64,000 bases of DNA. It comes from Adineta vaga (taxonomy: Eukaryota > Animalia > Rotifera). The notes under the pieces are model-generated. The model had not been told where the DNA came from, did not search any database, and was given only the letters and a program-made list of their open reading frames with translations. This document shows positions 24,897 to 38,086 of this stretch, in pieces; within the stretch, counting starts at the first letter, position 1; the number at the start of each line of letters is the position of its first letter. The position numbers were made by a program, and so were the translations under genes. Location: positions 14,694,001-14,758,000 of the forward strand of contig CP075493.1 in the NCBI GenBank assembly GCA_021613535.1, written 5' to 3'.

Positions 24897-27800
24897 ATGC
24901 CGATGTACACGATCATAATTATTGTGTTTCTTGCATTATGCAACTCATATGATGTTCCTAAACGAATGTATGAAACACGTGGTGTTACCGCAGCTGGTGC
25001 TTTTGATTGCCTACATGATGTTGTTCCGAAAATATTACACGACGATTTTTTTCAGTCAAATGCACGTTTTCATACTGTGCGCTTTTGTCGACAATCAATA
25101 TCAAATTCTTTATCCAAAGAAAACAAAAATGTCATTTATGGTAATCCTATTACATTTGATTATCTACGATCAATAAATATTACAAGTGAACAACTTTTTA
25201 ATTGGTACGCATCTATGGATACAATTGAAGAGTATGAATCAGGTGTTAAAGTAGGATTATTTATTAATTGCTCTCAAGATGATAAGTTTTGGTTTGGACC
25301 AAATTGTGAATATACATTTAATTCGCCAAAGTATTTTCCTGATATAGTTGACATTCAATTTTATGAGAAAAAACATATTCCTGATGATCTTTTATCAATC
25401 AATAATAGTGTATGTTTCGAGACAGGTGGCATCGAATGTCAATCTGTTTTATGTTTAGATTGGCGAGAAATATGTGATGGTAAGATATCAATTCATATCT
25501 TTTAGATTATCCTAAGAAGAAGAGGAGTTGAACTACTAGTAATTTTGCAACTCTCTTGTTCTCAATTGATACACGCCTTTCCTCAGAATGCGATCCATGT
25601 ATCGTTTGCTTCTTCACCTATACCATCGATAGAGGAAATCTACGTTTACTCTTTTGAGTATTGCTATATAATATCTCTATCACAATACTCTAATTCTTGT
25701 AGGAAAGATCGATTGTACTAATGGATTCGATGAAATCCATTGCCACGCTCTTGAAATCAATGATTGTGATCCATCAACCGAATATCGTTGTCTTAATGGA
25801 CAATGTATTGATAAAACGTTTTACTGGGACTCACACGTTGATTGTATGGATTACTCCGATGAGATGTATAGACATGGCAGTTTTTGTTTCGATGCTTTTG
25901 ATTTAAGATGTGAAGACACAGTATGTCCTTCTACATGGTTCTCATGTGGTGATGGTGATTGTTCTGATGGACCAAGTTTAAATTCATCAGAGTTATATTG
26001 TAAATCTCATCGAGATCGTCTTTATTTCAAACAAATGCCATTATCAAAAATAATTTTATTTTCAAACATACACATTATTTATGATAATCTAATGCCTATA
26101 ACAATTTGTTTTAACAAAACATTATGTCCATATTTATTCAATAATGATAATACAATTACAACGAACTACGATGGTCTATATTGTCGAGCTTTTGAAACGT
26201 TTAGTAATGCAACATATGTTAGTTTTTCTGACATGATCAAAGATCTAAAACGTTTTGTACTTTCGTGTTCATTATTACCTAAAAATGATCTAATGAACAA
26301 TTGTACATTGTTTAAATGTAACGATGGAAGTAAATGTTTTTCAAAACATCGATTATCAGATGGTCAAAACGATTGTTCAGATGGAGAAGATGAACATCAA
26401 TCAAATACATGTAATCTTAATCTTCCATATAGATTTAAATGTTATAATGGAATAAAATGTGTTCATCAGTCATCGAAATATAATGGTATTGTAAGTATAT
26501 AGAATTGAGGAATGTTAACTTTTTAAAATATAGTTATTCTAATGAATGTTTTTGAAATCTATCATTTATTGTTATTATTAATAGGATGATTGTGATGATA
26601 GAAGTGATGAAGATTCTACACATGAATCTCTTTGCCTTGATCAAAATACAGAAGAATGTTATGCTCACCGTCAAGAAAGACATCCGTTTAATATGACATT
26701 TAGTCAACTTTGTAATCGTATTCTTGAACGTACTCCAGATACGAATAATGACACAGATGAATCGAATTGTCCTTTGTCTGAATGGAATTGTTTAACACAT
26801 TACACTAAATGCAATAAAGTCTGGAATTGTCCTGATGGACATGATGAACTGAGTTGTGAAGAGTCTTTGCTTTCTTATCATCATTGTAATCCTACAAGTC
26901 ATTTTTGTTTGAATATTTCAGATGGTTATGCAATATGTTTACAAAAAGAACGAATTGGTGATGGTATCATTGATTGTGTTGGCTCATTAGATGAACGAGA
27001 ATTTTGTCGTATTCATTTTCCATATGAATTTATGCGTCGTTATCGTTGTCAAAATTCTACTAAATGTATTCTAATTGAAGAAATATGTGATTGTCATCAG
27101 CATTGTCCGTTAGATGATGATGAAACAATTGCATGTCATTGGCTTAATAATGGAAGGGAAACGAATTGTGATCCGAATCTATTTCGATGTCGTAATGGTC
27201 AATATGCACCAACCATATCATTTATAACACGCTGTTATGATAGTTCTTTAACATGCAATGAAAAAGAAAGTCAACTATTTTGTGATCTAAATGATCGATC
27301 AACTAGTCGACCATTTCTTACAATTGATATGAAAGAAATTCCTGAATTAAAAAATAATCGACTCATTCGAAGTTTATCAAAAGATATTGATATTATTCAT
27401 TGGTATTGTAATAGAGGAGTATATGTTTATTCACCTAACAGTCCACTTGGTTTCTATTGTATGTGTACAGACTCTTATTATGGTGATCGATGTCAATTTC
27501 AACGTAAACGAATTGCAGTTTTTCTTCAATTACGAACTACAAGTTTATTTAATTCTCTTCTTCCATTATACAAAATTGTTATTCTATTAGTACGTAATAA
27601 TAGTTCAAATTCAATAATTTCACATGATCAAATATTATATACACCATATCGTTATTGTTTACCACGATATTTAATTCAATTATATTATCCAATAAATCAA
27701 TCATTATTTCCATTGATAAATCATTCAGTACATATTCACGTATTTGTTGCAAAAACATTAGAATATCGTACTTCATGGATATTTCCTGTTCCATTTGAAT

Positions 27801-29791
27801 TTTTACCTGTCAATCGAATAGCAAAACAATTATATATACCTGATAGTTCCGCAACACAAACAATTCAATTCAATACTACAAATTGTACTTCATGTTCAAA
27901 TGTTTCTCGTTGTATTGGTTATGATACTGATCTTGGTCGAGATATTTGTGTATGTCCACTAAATTTAACTGGTCGTCGTTGTTTTGTTCCATTTAATCCA
28001 TGTGTTAAACAGAATTGTAGTGGACATGGAGAATGTTTACCAGCTGATTCACGTTATTATGAATCTGAACAATATATTTGTATATGTCATGTTGAATGGT
28101 TTGGCGATGATTGTGAAACAATGAAAGCTCGTATTCATGTGATATTTGCTTCAAATATTCTTATACCATCATCAAATATTGTATTTCTTCATAGTTTTAA
28201 AATTAATCTTTTTCAGGAGCCAATACATTTTACCTATTTTCACCGTCTTCGTTCAAACATATCTAATTATACATTTTATTTAGAAGAGGAGTTTTTGGAC
28301 AGTCTTATTTTCATTCAACTCTATGAAAATCGTGATCAAAATGACTTTTATCTTTTATTAGTGCGTAAACCAGATAGTGATGGTTTAGTAGAAATCAATA
28401 GTGAAGTTGATTCATCTCGTCGATGTCGACCAATAAATGAATTATTTAATTCTACCATAATTAATCTACCAAAATTACATCGTGTTAAATATTATCAACA
28501 AGTATGTCTTGAAAAATATAAAAAAGAAAACTTAATGTGTTTTTATGATGATCAATTAATGTGTTTATGTGATCAAAGAAGTTATAGTGATTGTTTTAAT
28601 TTTGAACCCACATCATATGGATGTCCAGAAAACAAATGTAATGGTCGAGGTATATGCGTACAAAATCATCATCTTTGTCCAAGAAATTCATTATGTCTTT
28701 GTGAACCATGTACTTATGGAGAACTGTGTCAATTCTCTAGAGCTGGTTATTCTCTTTCACTTGATGCCATCATTGGATCACATATACGTCTAACAACATC
28801 GAAGACAATTATTAAAATTAGTGTTATTTTGATCAGTTGTTTCATTATTATTGGATTTCTAATGAATATCTTAGGAATTGGAACATTTTATCAACGAACA
28901 ACACAAGATGTTGGCTCTGGTATTTATTTATTGATTTCATCATGTTTTGGTTTGTTGACGAGTATTACATTAACTTTGAAGTTAATTTTCTTATTTATTA
29001 GAAGTCAAGGAAGTGTACTATGTGCTATTACTGAATTTCTGATTAAACTTTCTTTGATAAGTTGTGAATGTTTAAATGCATGTGTAGCTATTGAAAGAAC
29101 ATTAGCTATCAAACGTGAAACTAAATTCTCTCGATTAAAAAGTAAAATAATTGCTAAATGGATATCAATTCTTGTGCCTATCATTGTTGCTATTATCAGT
29201 TCACCTGAATTAATATATCGTCGAATGGTTATTGATGCATATGATGAAACAAATTGGTGTGTATTGACACTTAATGCTGATCAACCGATACTTTTGACTT
29301 TATATTCAACTTCAAACATATGTTTATTTGTAATTCCATTAACAATCAACTTAATATGTAGTATCATTATTATTATTGGTATAGCTCGAATCAAACAAAG
29401 AACTGCTGGAAAAGTGAACAATATTAGACGTCCAGTTACTATCAATCTTGGTTTTACTACGATAAATATGAATTTTATGTTGCGAATAGAACCAAAAAGT
29501 ATTAGAGCACAAATAGTTAAACATAAACATTTATTGATTGCTCCGATCCTTTTAGCGATATTTGCTATACCTCGATTAGTATTTGCTTTTGTATTTGTGT
29601 GTAGTAAACTTGATCGACATCCATTTGTTACTTTACCAAGTTATCTTATTGGCTTTTTACCTTCAATGTCTGTACTCTTTGCATTTATTCTACCTTCTGA
29701 AGTTTATCGTAGAGCATTATTTATTTTTGCCAGAAGTATCGTTCCTGTATGTGTTCAAAATTATTTTCTTGCATTTCAACAAAGATCATAA
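24897..29791 (+). CDS. LDL-receptor class A / EGF repeat 7TM GPCR (~1525 aa)
   Basis: Signal peptide; introns 25480-25702 and 26491-26584 join the ORFs in frame; LDLa (CDGKIDCTNGFDE, DCSDGEDE), EGF (CSGHGEC...GDDC), 7TM with CVAIERT. Confidence 0.9.
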
Positions 29792-30545
29792 CTAACTAAA
29801 CAGGGGTTAAGGGTGAAGGTGTGGATGTGAGTAAAAAAATCGGACTCTCAAAATGAACAATATTTATTTTATCGAAAATATGATGTGGTGGTCTTATTTT
29901 ATATGAATCTACATATTAACAATAATTCAAGTTATCTCATCACATATGTAATATTTGAAAGCTACGAATTCAACTTTGGAGTTTGACAATGCTAACCAGA
30001 TGAACATTCCATGTTCGAAGCATTTCGATGATTTTCTTCGTATTTCAAATGACACCACATCGTTGTATTCATATGCCAGTTAAAAGAATAAATTTTATGT
30101 CCTTAAAAGCAGAAATTCCAAAATAACTCAATAATTATATATGAATATTGTGACGTGAAAAGATAAATCTAAGAATAGAAACAATATTTTGTAACTGTAT
30201 ATACGTAATAACTTCTCTTCTCGTATACCTTATCGATATTTAGAAAGAAAAAAAGAATACTGGAAGTTTATTTTATGACAAATTATTAACAGATATTTAT
30301 AGAAATATAAGAGCGATTCTATGACTTTTTTACTGCATGCTATAATGTCCATTAACAAAATGAAAATCTCTTTTGATCCCTCGTTCATACACAAATAATA
30401 ATATAGCATAATTTAGTTGAATTTTTATTTGATATTGAAAATAAAATCAAAGTAAATATAGACTCATCATGGAATATGTTTGATGTGATTAAATATAGTT
30501 TATTTTTATTTTAAAAGAAGAGAAAGAAAATAAAAAGAGAGTAGT

Positions 30546-31019
30546 TTATTGACGAATGATGTCCAATTCAGGTTCAAAAACTGGTATTCGAGGTATTTTT
30601 TCTTTGAATATTGGTAAATCAATAATAAAACAACGCCAAAAATCTGGTTTAACAATAAATGTAACACATAAACCACCTCCTGGACAACACCAGCAACCAA
30701 TATAACTACGACAATATTTATTTGCCCAATCTTTGTATTTTTGATAATTCAATGCCATAAATAATCTATAACGCCACCAACAATCAGTTGGTGGTTTAAT
30801 AATGATATCATATGGTATTAATTTAAGAGCTCGATATTGATGTTTATCTTTAAGTTCAACTTCAAGAACATTCTGATCACATTGAGCCAAGCCTTGATAT
30901 TGTTCTTCACTTAATTCAAGTTCACCTGTTTCAATATCAGCTCTTTCGATTGTAGCTGCATTGATTGTTGTAAAAACTCCTACTGTAATAAGTAAGATCA
31001 GTGTTAATGTTTTGTACAT
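30546..31019 (-). CDS. 157-aa secreted Cys/aromatic-rich protein, copy 1
   Basis: Signal peptide, acidic segment, then CWWRY...YC..YIGCWCCPGGGLC; TATA box at 31064-31070; intronless. Confidence 0.85.
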   Translation of the reverse strand: MYKTLTLILLITVGVFTTINAATIERADIETGELELSEEQYQGLAQCDQNVLEVELKDKHQYRALKLIPYDIIIKPPTDCWWRYRLFMALNYQKYKDWANKYCRSYIGCWCCPGGGLCVTFIVKPDFWRCFIIDLPIFKEKIPRIPVFEPELDIIRQ

Positions 31020-31152
31020 ATTGAATTGTATGAATAAATAAAACTTGATTAGATATCATCCATATTTATAGGTAAAACGAAATAGCTGTATGCGTCAAAT
31101 GACAAGTATAGTGATGCGTAACAAGTACGTAGTTGTATAAATCATTTTCTAT

Positions 31153-31160
31153 TGACGTCA
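31153..31160. promoter_or_regulatory. Perfect CRE palindrome TGACGTCA upstream of the secreted gene (repeated in each unit)
   Basis: TGACGTCA ~135 nt upstream of the ATG, with TGACGCA and TTACGCA half-sites between it and the TATA box. Confidence 0.5.
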
Positions 31161-31889
31161 TGAAGGTTTGATCAGGAATACATGACTTACATTTATATAC
31201 GAAGTAGTTTAAAATAGGCTCATAGTTATTATTCGTAATTCACATTTAGTTTAATTATCAGGTCTTCTTTATCCATTAGAGGATTTACGTATACTTCATT
31301 CGTATTTATGTTCCTTGAACATAAACAAGTAGCATTCGCTCAACTCTCTTGTAGAAATCTTCTTACGAAAGTAGAACATCAATTTACATAGTGTTGAAAG
31401 ATTATAGTCATTCATACATTGAATTATGAAAAGAATCCAAGGGAAAGGAAGATAAGAAAAGTGAAAGGTAATAATTCTTATTTTCTTGTTATTTTGAAGT
31501 GTTGCTTAGTAAAGGATGTACTGTTCTGTTTCTTTTCTTCTACACATATTGCCCATGTGCATGCAACAAAGCATTCAAACTTCAGTAGAGAAGAACGGTG
31601 AAAATGCAGCCGAGCAAAGAATAAGAGTAGTTAAAAACAACAACGTGTTTGAATATTTTGTCCATGCTAGAGATTTTCAATGGTGAAATGTTTTTTGTTT
31701 CGTGATTATACATTCTCAGTATCGTCAAACTTGATTTGTGAGAGCATGAATGTATTCTTCGTAAAACACATGTCATTATTTGTTGATGGTGATTCATTTT
31801 CGTCAGTATTCGATAAACATGTCAAGAATCAGCCATACAATTCATTCGTCTACGCTTCATTCTCACAGAAAGAAAAGTTTCTACATAGA

Positions 31890-32924
31890 ATGTCTTCACC
31901 GCTCCGACAGCATATTCAATGGATGCGGAAATCGAACAACAGTGATACATTACAATCCGAATCAGAAGAATGGAAATGGTATTCTGATGTTGAAACAGCT
32001 ATAATTGAAGAAGGTTTTCAAGATAAGCTTTCTAATATATTACTAGATGACTATCACATTGACTTGAAATGTTTCCTTGAAATATCAAATAGAGATGAAA
32101 ATATTCAAACAACTGTGAAACGAGTTCAACACGAACCAGTAGAAGAAGGAAGACTGAGAGCCACTCGATTGATGCCCAATCCTGTTCTACCATCGGCACC
32201 CTTCACAAATCCACAATTGGGCTTCATCTATGCCACCCAAAACTATTTCAATATTCGTCGTGATCCCGATGATGACTCTGTTACTCGACGCTTGTTGATA
32301 GAAAAAGCTGCTGAAGGTTTCATCATCGAAGGCAAGAAATTGAGCAAACAAAAGGAAGGCGAATGGCTTGCCCATCAACTACTCAAGGTAAACAAGGAAC
32401 TTCGCAAGAAGTTTGGCAATGTTGTACTCGTCTTTATTGCATGGAATCGTTTCTTTATAAGAAAATTAATGAATATATGCGATTAGTGGGTGATGAAGAG
32501 TATGAAAATCTCTGGAAGAATAAACTTCCTATTTTTGGTCCGTTTGCCTTTCTTCTTCTTTGGCGTGAGGTAGAACCTTATTCTAGCAATTCAAAGAAGA
32601 CTGTCTATCGAGGAGCTTACTTATCTAATGATTTAATTGCATATTATCGACAGAAATATATACCTAACACTGAATGTCAAAATCAAGTACAATTTCCTTC
32701 GTTTACATGAACTAGCCAAAATAGAATGAAGGCAAGAACAATTCGGTAATGTTCTGTTTGTTATTGATATTATTGAATCTAAAGGTCCCGATGTATCGCC
32801 TTACTCTGACTATGACGAAGAAGAATATTTACTTGCTCCAAACTTTCTCTTTTATATTCGCTCGTGCATCTTTGATAAAACTATCGACAAATGGATAATT
32901 AATCTGCAACACGATTCCATCTAA
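31890..32924 (+). pseudogene. WWE-domain + ADP-ribosyltransferase pseudogene, copy 1
   Basis: WWE-like (QWM...WKWYSDVETAIIEE...YHIDL), VYRG, FT*TS, EEEYLL; frameshift ~32390, TGA 32708-32710, extra indel ~32734. Confidence 0.8.
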
Positions 32925-33022
32925 TGTGTTTTGTTTTCGCTTGGTTTCAATGATTTGTTGAATTGTGCTCTTCTCTATAGTTTCACATTCTGATACAAAT
33001 AAAATTCAATAACTACGTAAGA

Positions 33023-33070
33023 TTGAGGTTGGTTTGAATATATACTTCACCCACATTCACACCCTCAAGA
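33023..33070. repeat. Second copy of the short telomere-like hairpin (duplicated at ~39219-39266)
   Basis: TTGAGGTTGG...CACCCACATTCACACCCTCAAGA. Confidence 0.6.
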
Positions 33071-35139
33071 TTGGCAACAATATTCTTTGTACAATTATAA
33101 TTCGAAATAAGAAGTAAAGTGTATTCGAATTTATCGATCATTTCTACGCATATGCAATGGATCTTTTCTCAACTTGAATTAATAATACTGTTACCCAACG
33201 TGTACTTATTGAATAACAAATGAAAATTTGAATAAAAGAAGTACATAAATAGGCAAAAAGTTAGTTTTAATACTAATTATGCCTTTAGTAAATTGTTCAT
33301 ATTTTGCACATTGTTATTCACCGTTCAATCAATTTCATTTTGGTTCTAATCATTATTGTCATATTTGCTCGACTCTAAACAACTTTTCAAAGAAATTAAG
33401 CTTACAAGAACAAATTTAAGAATTCGAAAGCCTTTTTTTTATAACATGATTAGTTTTGATTATTTTCGCTGTTGTAGAACTCGCTTCAGAAAGTGACATC
33501 TAATGGTTCCTTTCAATCATTGATTCTATTTATTTTAAAAAAAACATAAAATTCAATTCTTGTTTTTCGAAAATATTCTTTATAGAAGCTAAATTTTATA
33601 ATTAAATTGGAAAAAACAGATATTTCTGATTCGATGTGCGCAGTTTAATGTCTTTTTTCGACTGAAATTCTGTGATTCTCAGTCCTGCGATCATCGCACG
33701 AAAAAATCGCAATTTGTTATGCGGGCGTCGACAAAGGAATAAAGAAACAAATTCGCATTGCATAGGAAAATTGTCTTAAACTTGAAAACAAAGTCTACAG
33801 AAGAAACATAAAAGTATTCACTTATACGAGAGAGACTTGAAGGAAGCAAGAAAAATAAAAATACCCGCGGTAAAAACCAGTGTTTCACGATGGAAAAATC
33901 CGACAAAAAAAGAATACTACGTTGTAAAAGAATTTATATATCAAGTACTATTTTAGTGCAATACAATAACTTCACATTTGGATTAGAGCACAGCATAACG
34001 CAATATTTGACCGGATAATTTCATCTTTTTAAGATATTTTATCTCGCAGTAAGTTTAGAAAAGCTCAATAGACAGGATAATTAATTCTATTTTTCAGTTT
34101 ATAAGAAGTTAAAATGGTTATAACTTTCAACTTCATTAACTCTTTTATATTTTTAGGCGAATTTAGTTCAGTTTAAATCGCGATCATTTCGACTTATTAT
34201 GACACATAAAATATAAAAGAAGAAAATGAATATTTTACTCTAACAACGAAATGAAAGCTAAAGTGTCACTTCCGGTCGAGTATATATATATCTGATAATA
34301 CTTTTTCCTCAAGTTGTTAATGATAATTTTTGAGCATGCTTTTTGTAATTAGATTATTCCTTGTATTCTTTTATACTTCTCTTTCTATTTATTTAAGAAC
34401 ATTTACTTTCCTCTTTGTTGTTGATTTCTTTTTGTTCGTATATCAATAGATGAAGAAAAGAAATAAAATAATAGAGAGATCAAGATAGTGATGACAGATA
34501 TCAACAGAAAAGGAATTTCCAGAGAAAAAAAAGCAGCAATTATTATCCTCTGCTGTATAAGTCGAAGACATGAAGAAATGTTATTGTTACAATAATTAGG
34601 ACGAATAAAAACACAAAAACAATATTCACATTACCTGAGAATGCCACTGTTAGACTTGTTTTATCCTCTGAAGATCTTTAAAAACTTTTCAAATTTCTCT
34701 GGACGCAGACCTGCGTTCTCCGTTTCGAAGAACAGGAACACTACACATCTGAATCATTTTTAAAAGGAGAAATCGGATTTACTTTTTTCACGGAAAGTAA
34801 ATAATCGAAAAGACATATTTGATAGCTTTCCGCAATACAAAAATGACATCCGTGAAGGAGTCTAAATGTATTTTTGTTGATTGTCTTGAACAGAACAAAA
34901 AACTGAATTAGCTATCATTTCAACTGAATGAAATTCGGAAGTTATAACTATCACGACGCTAACGCTGACCATTTTAGTCCCATGAATAAAAAAAGATGAT
35001 AAAAATTCTATTTTTTTTTCATACAGGTTGTCATACAAGCAAAAGTAGTTAAACTTCTAACATTCTACATTTCAAGGGTGTACTACAAATAAAATATATA
35101 TAGCTGATCAAATACACACTACTGTAGGATTATATAACA

Positions 35140-35683
35140 ATGACGAATCTATATGGTGGCACTAATCTCAGTCCTGGTCAGTTAAATCAACTTTGAATTA
35201 TATTCATTTCGATAATGTTTTTATGTAGTTGCATGTCGCGTTTACTATAACGATAAACAATTGAATGGATCCAAGATAGGCGATTTTGAAGTGTCTGGTA
35301 GCATTGATGATGATGATATTATTTCCAGTTTTTATTCTCGCACAACAGGCTTGTGTCATGGATGGGTTGTTTTTCAAACAAGAAAAGGCACGGTCTTTAG
35401 ATGTCATCTTGTAGGTATTCCTGGGATGCTTATTATTCGTGTTGAAACATCGGAATGGAAACCGACCGGCTTTGAAGTAATTAATGGTTGAAATAGCAAT
35501 ACATTCGTATTACATAAGTTATTTTGACTTTAGGTTTCTACGTTAAAACAAGAACTAGTGTGGAAAACATTGAAAAATCATATACGTGTTGTTATTAAAA
35601 ATTGGGGAGGTTATTTGTGTGGAATTCATGATTGTCGTCATTTTGCCGCAGACGTAGATGCGTATCTTAAGCGCCATTGTTAA
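35140..35683 (+). CDS. 144-aa permuted NlpC/P60 (LRAT/PLAAT/PPPDE-like) protein, copy 1, three exons
   Basis: Exons 35140-35176, 35229-35476, 35534-35683 with GT-AG introns of 52 and 57 nt form one frame; motifs HGWVVF...CHL and YLCGIHDCRHFA. Confidence 0.75.
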
Positions 35684-36741
35684 TAATGAATAATGTTTCG
35701 CAAATTCGCAGCTCTCATTTCATATGAATTATATATTAATCACGAGAATAGTAACTGCTTTACCATATATCGAGAGAATACTCTTTGTTTCTGATTATAA
35801 ATAAATAACTGCTAATTTTACTCCAGTGAATGTACCTTTGTGAACAAAAATTTTAACAGAATATTTTTAAAATGGATTGAGCACAGAAAAGTGAAAATGC
35901 CATATAGCTAATTTCATCATGATTTTATTGGTATAGTCATCTTATCGATTGATGTTTAGAATCTGATGTCACAGTCATTTTATTAGATAATTTGTATAAT
36001 TACTATTCATCAAAAATCAAATGAAATTATATTGCTTTTCTTCAATCATGCCATTCATATTCAACCCTCGTTATACATCTTGCAGTGAGTTTTCTTATTA
36101 TCTTTGAATTTTATACGAATTTTCTCGTCAACTGTTTTAACGACGAATAACTCTTTAGGTAACCAACATCTTCTAGAAATAACTTCTTTATCATCACAAT
36201 CATCATTCTTCTTATGCATCAAATACAAAGATTAACAGTATTATTTATCATGTTTATCATGAAGTATGTGTTTCTATAGTCGAATCCACACCTTTATTTA
36301 TTATAATCAAATAAATCTAAAAAAAAACGTTTTCACAAACATCTGATTTATAACCACAATCATGGTTTTGTCCTTGAAAACAGAAATTCCAAAATAAGTT
36401 AATGTAATTAAATATGAAAATCGCAACGCAAAACATTAAATATCAATACTTTCTAAAAATAGTTTATTTTATGACAAATTATTAACAGATATTTATAGAA
36501 ATATAAGAGCGATTCTATGACTTTTTTACTGCATGCTATAATGTCCATTAACAAAATGAAAATCTCTTTTGATCCCTCGTTCATACACAAATAATAATAT
36601 AGCATAATTTAGTTGAATTTTTATTTGATATTGAAAATAAAATCAAAGTAAATATAGACTCATCATGGAATATGTTTGATGTGATTAAATATAGTTTATT
36701 TTTATTTTAAAAGAAGAGAAAGAAAATAAAAAGAGAGTAGT

Positions 36742-37215
36742 TTATTGACGAATGATGTCCAATTCAGGTTCAAAAACTGGTATTCGAGGTATTTTTTCTT
36801 TGAATATTGGTAAATCAATAATAAAACAACGCCAAAAATCTGGTTTAACAATAAATGTAACACATAAACCACCTCCTGGACAACACCAGCAACCAATATA
36901 ACTACGACAATATTTATTTGCCCAATCTTTGTATTTTTGATAATTCAATGCCATAAATAATCTATAACGCCACCAACAATCAGTTGGTGGTTTAATAATG
37001 ATATCATATGGTATTAATTTAAGAGCTCGATATTGATGTTTATCTTTGAGTTCAACTTCAAGAACATTCTGATCACATTGAGCCAAGCCTTGATATTGTT
37101 CTTCACTTAATTCAAGTTCACCTGTTTCAATATCAGCTCTTTCGATTGTAGCTGCATTGATTGTTGTAAAAACTCCTACTGTAATAAGTAAGATCAGTGT
37201 TAATGTTTTGTACAT
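36742..37215 (-). CDS. 157-aa secreted Cys/aromatic-rich protein, copy 2
   Basis: Protein identical to copy 1. Confidence 0.85.
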   Translation of the reverse strand: MYKTLTLILLITVGVFTTINAATIERADIETGELELSEEQYQGLAQCDQNVLEVELKDKHQYRALKLIPYDIIIKPPTDCWWRYRLFMALNYQKYKDWANKYCRSYIGCWCCPGGGLCVTFIVKPDFWRCFIIDLPIFKEKIPRIPVFEPELDIIRQ

Positions 37216-38086
37216 ATTGAATTGTATGAATAAATAAAACTTGATTAGATATCATCCATATTTATAGGTAAAACGAAATAGCTGTATGCGTCAAATGACA
37301 AGTATAGTGATGCGTAACAAGTACGTAGTTGTATAAATCATTTTCTATTGACGTCATGAAGGTTTGATCAGGAATACATGACTTACATTTATATACGAAG
37401 TAGTTTAAAATAGGCTCATAGTTATTATTCGTAATTCACATTTAGTTTAATTATCAGGTCTTCTTTATCCATTAGAGGATTTACGTATACTTCATTCGTA
37501 TTTATGTTCCTTGAACATAAACAAGTAGCATTCGCTCAACTCTCTTGTAGAAATCTTCTTACGAAAGTAGAACATCAATTTACATAGTGTTGAAAGATTA
37601 TAGTCATTCATACATTGAATTATGAAAAGAATCCAAGGGAAAGGAAGATAAGAAAAGTGAAAGGTAATAATTCTTATTTTCTTGTTATTTTGAAGTGTTG
37701 CTTAGTAAAGGATGTACTGTTCTGTTTCTTTTCTTCTACACATATTGCCCATGTGCATGCAACAAAGCATTCAAACTTCAGTAGAGAAGAACGGTGAAAA
37801 TGCCAGCCGAGCAAAGAATAAGAGTAGTTAAAAACAACAACGTGTTTGAATATTTTGTCCATGCTAGAGATTTTCAATGGTGAAATGTTTTTTGTTTCGT
37901 GATTATACATTCTCAGTATCGTCAAACTTGATTTGTGAGAGCATGAATGTATTCTTCGTAAAACACATGTCATTATTTGTTGATGGTGATTCATTTTCGT
38001 CAGTATTCGATAAACATGTCAAGAATCAGCCATACAATTCATTCGTCTACGCTTCATTCTCACAGAAAGAAAAGTTTCTACATAGA

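Noticed and set aside
32708-32710. TGA as selenocysteine in the ART
   Set aside because: Homologous residue is Ser, an upstream frameshift already breaks the gene, and no SECIS could be identified by eye.
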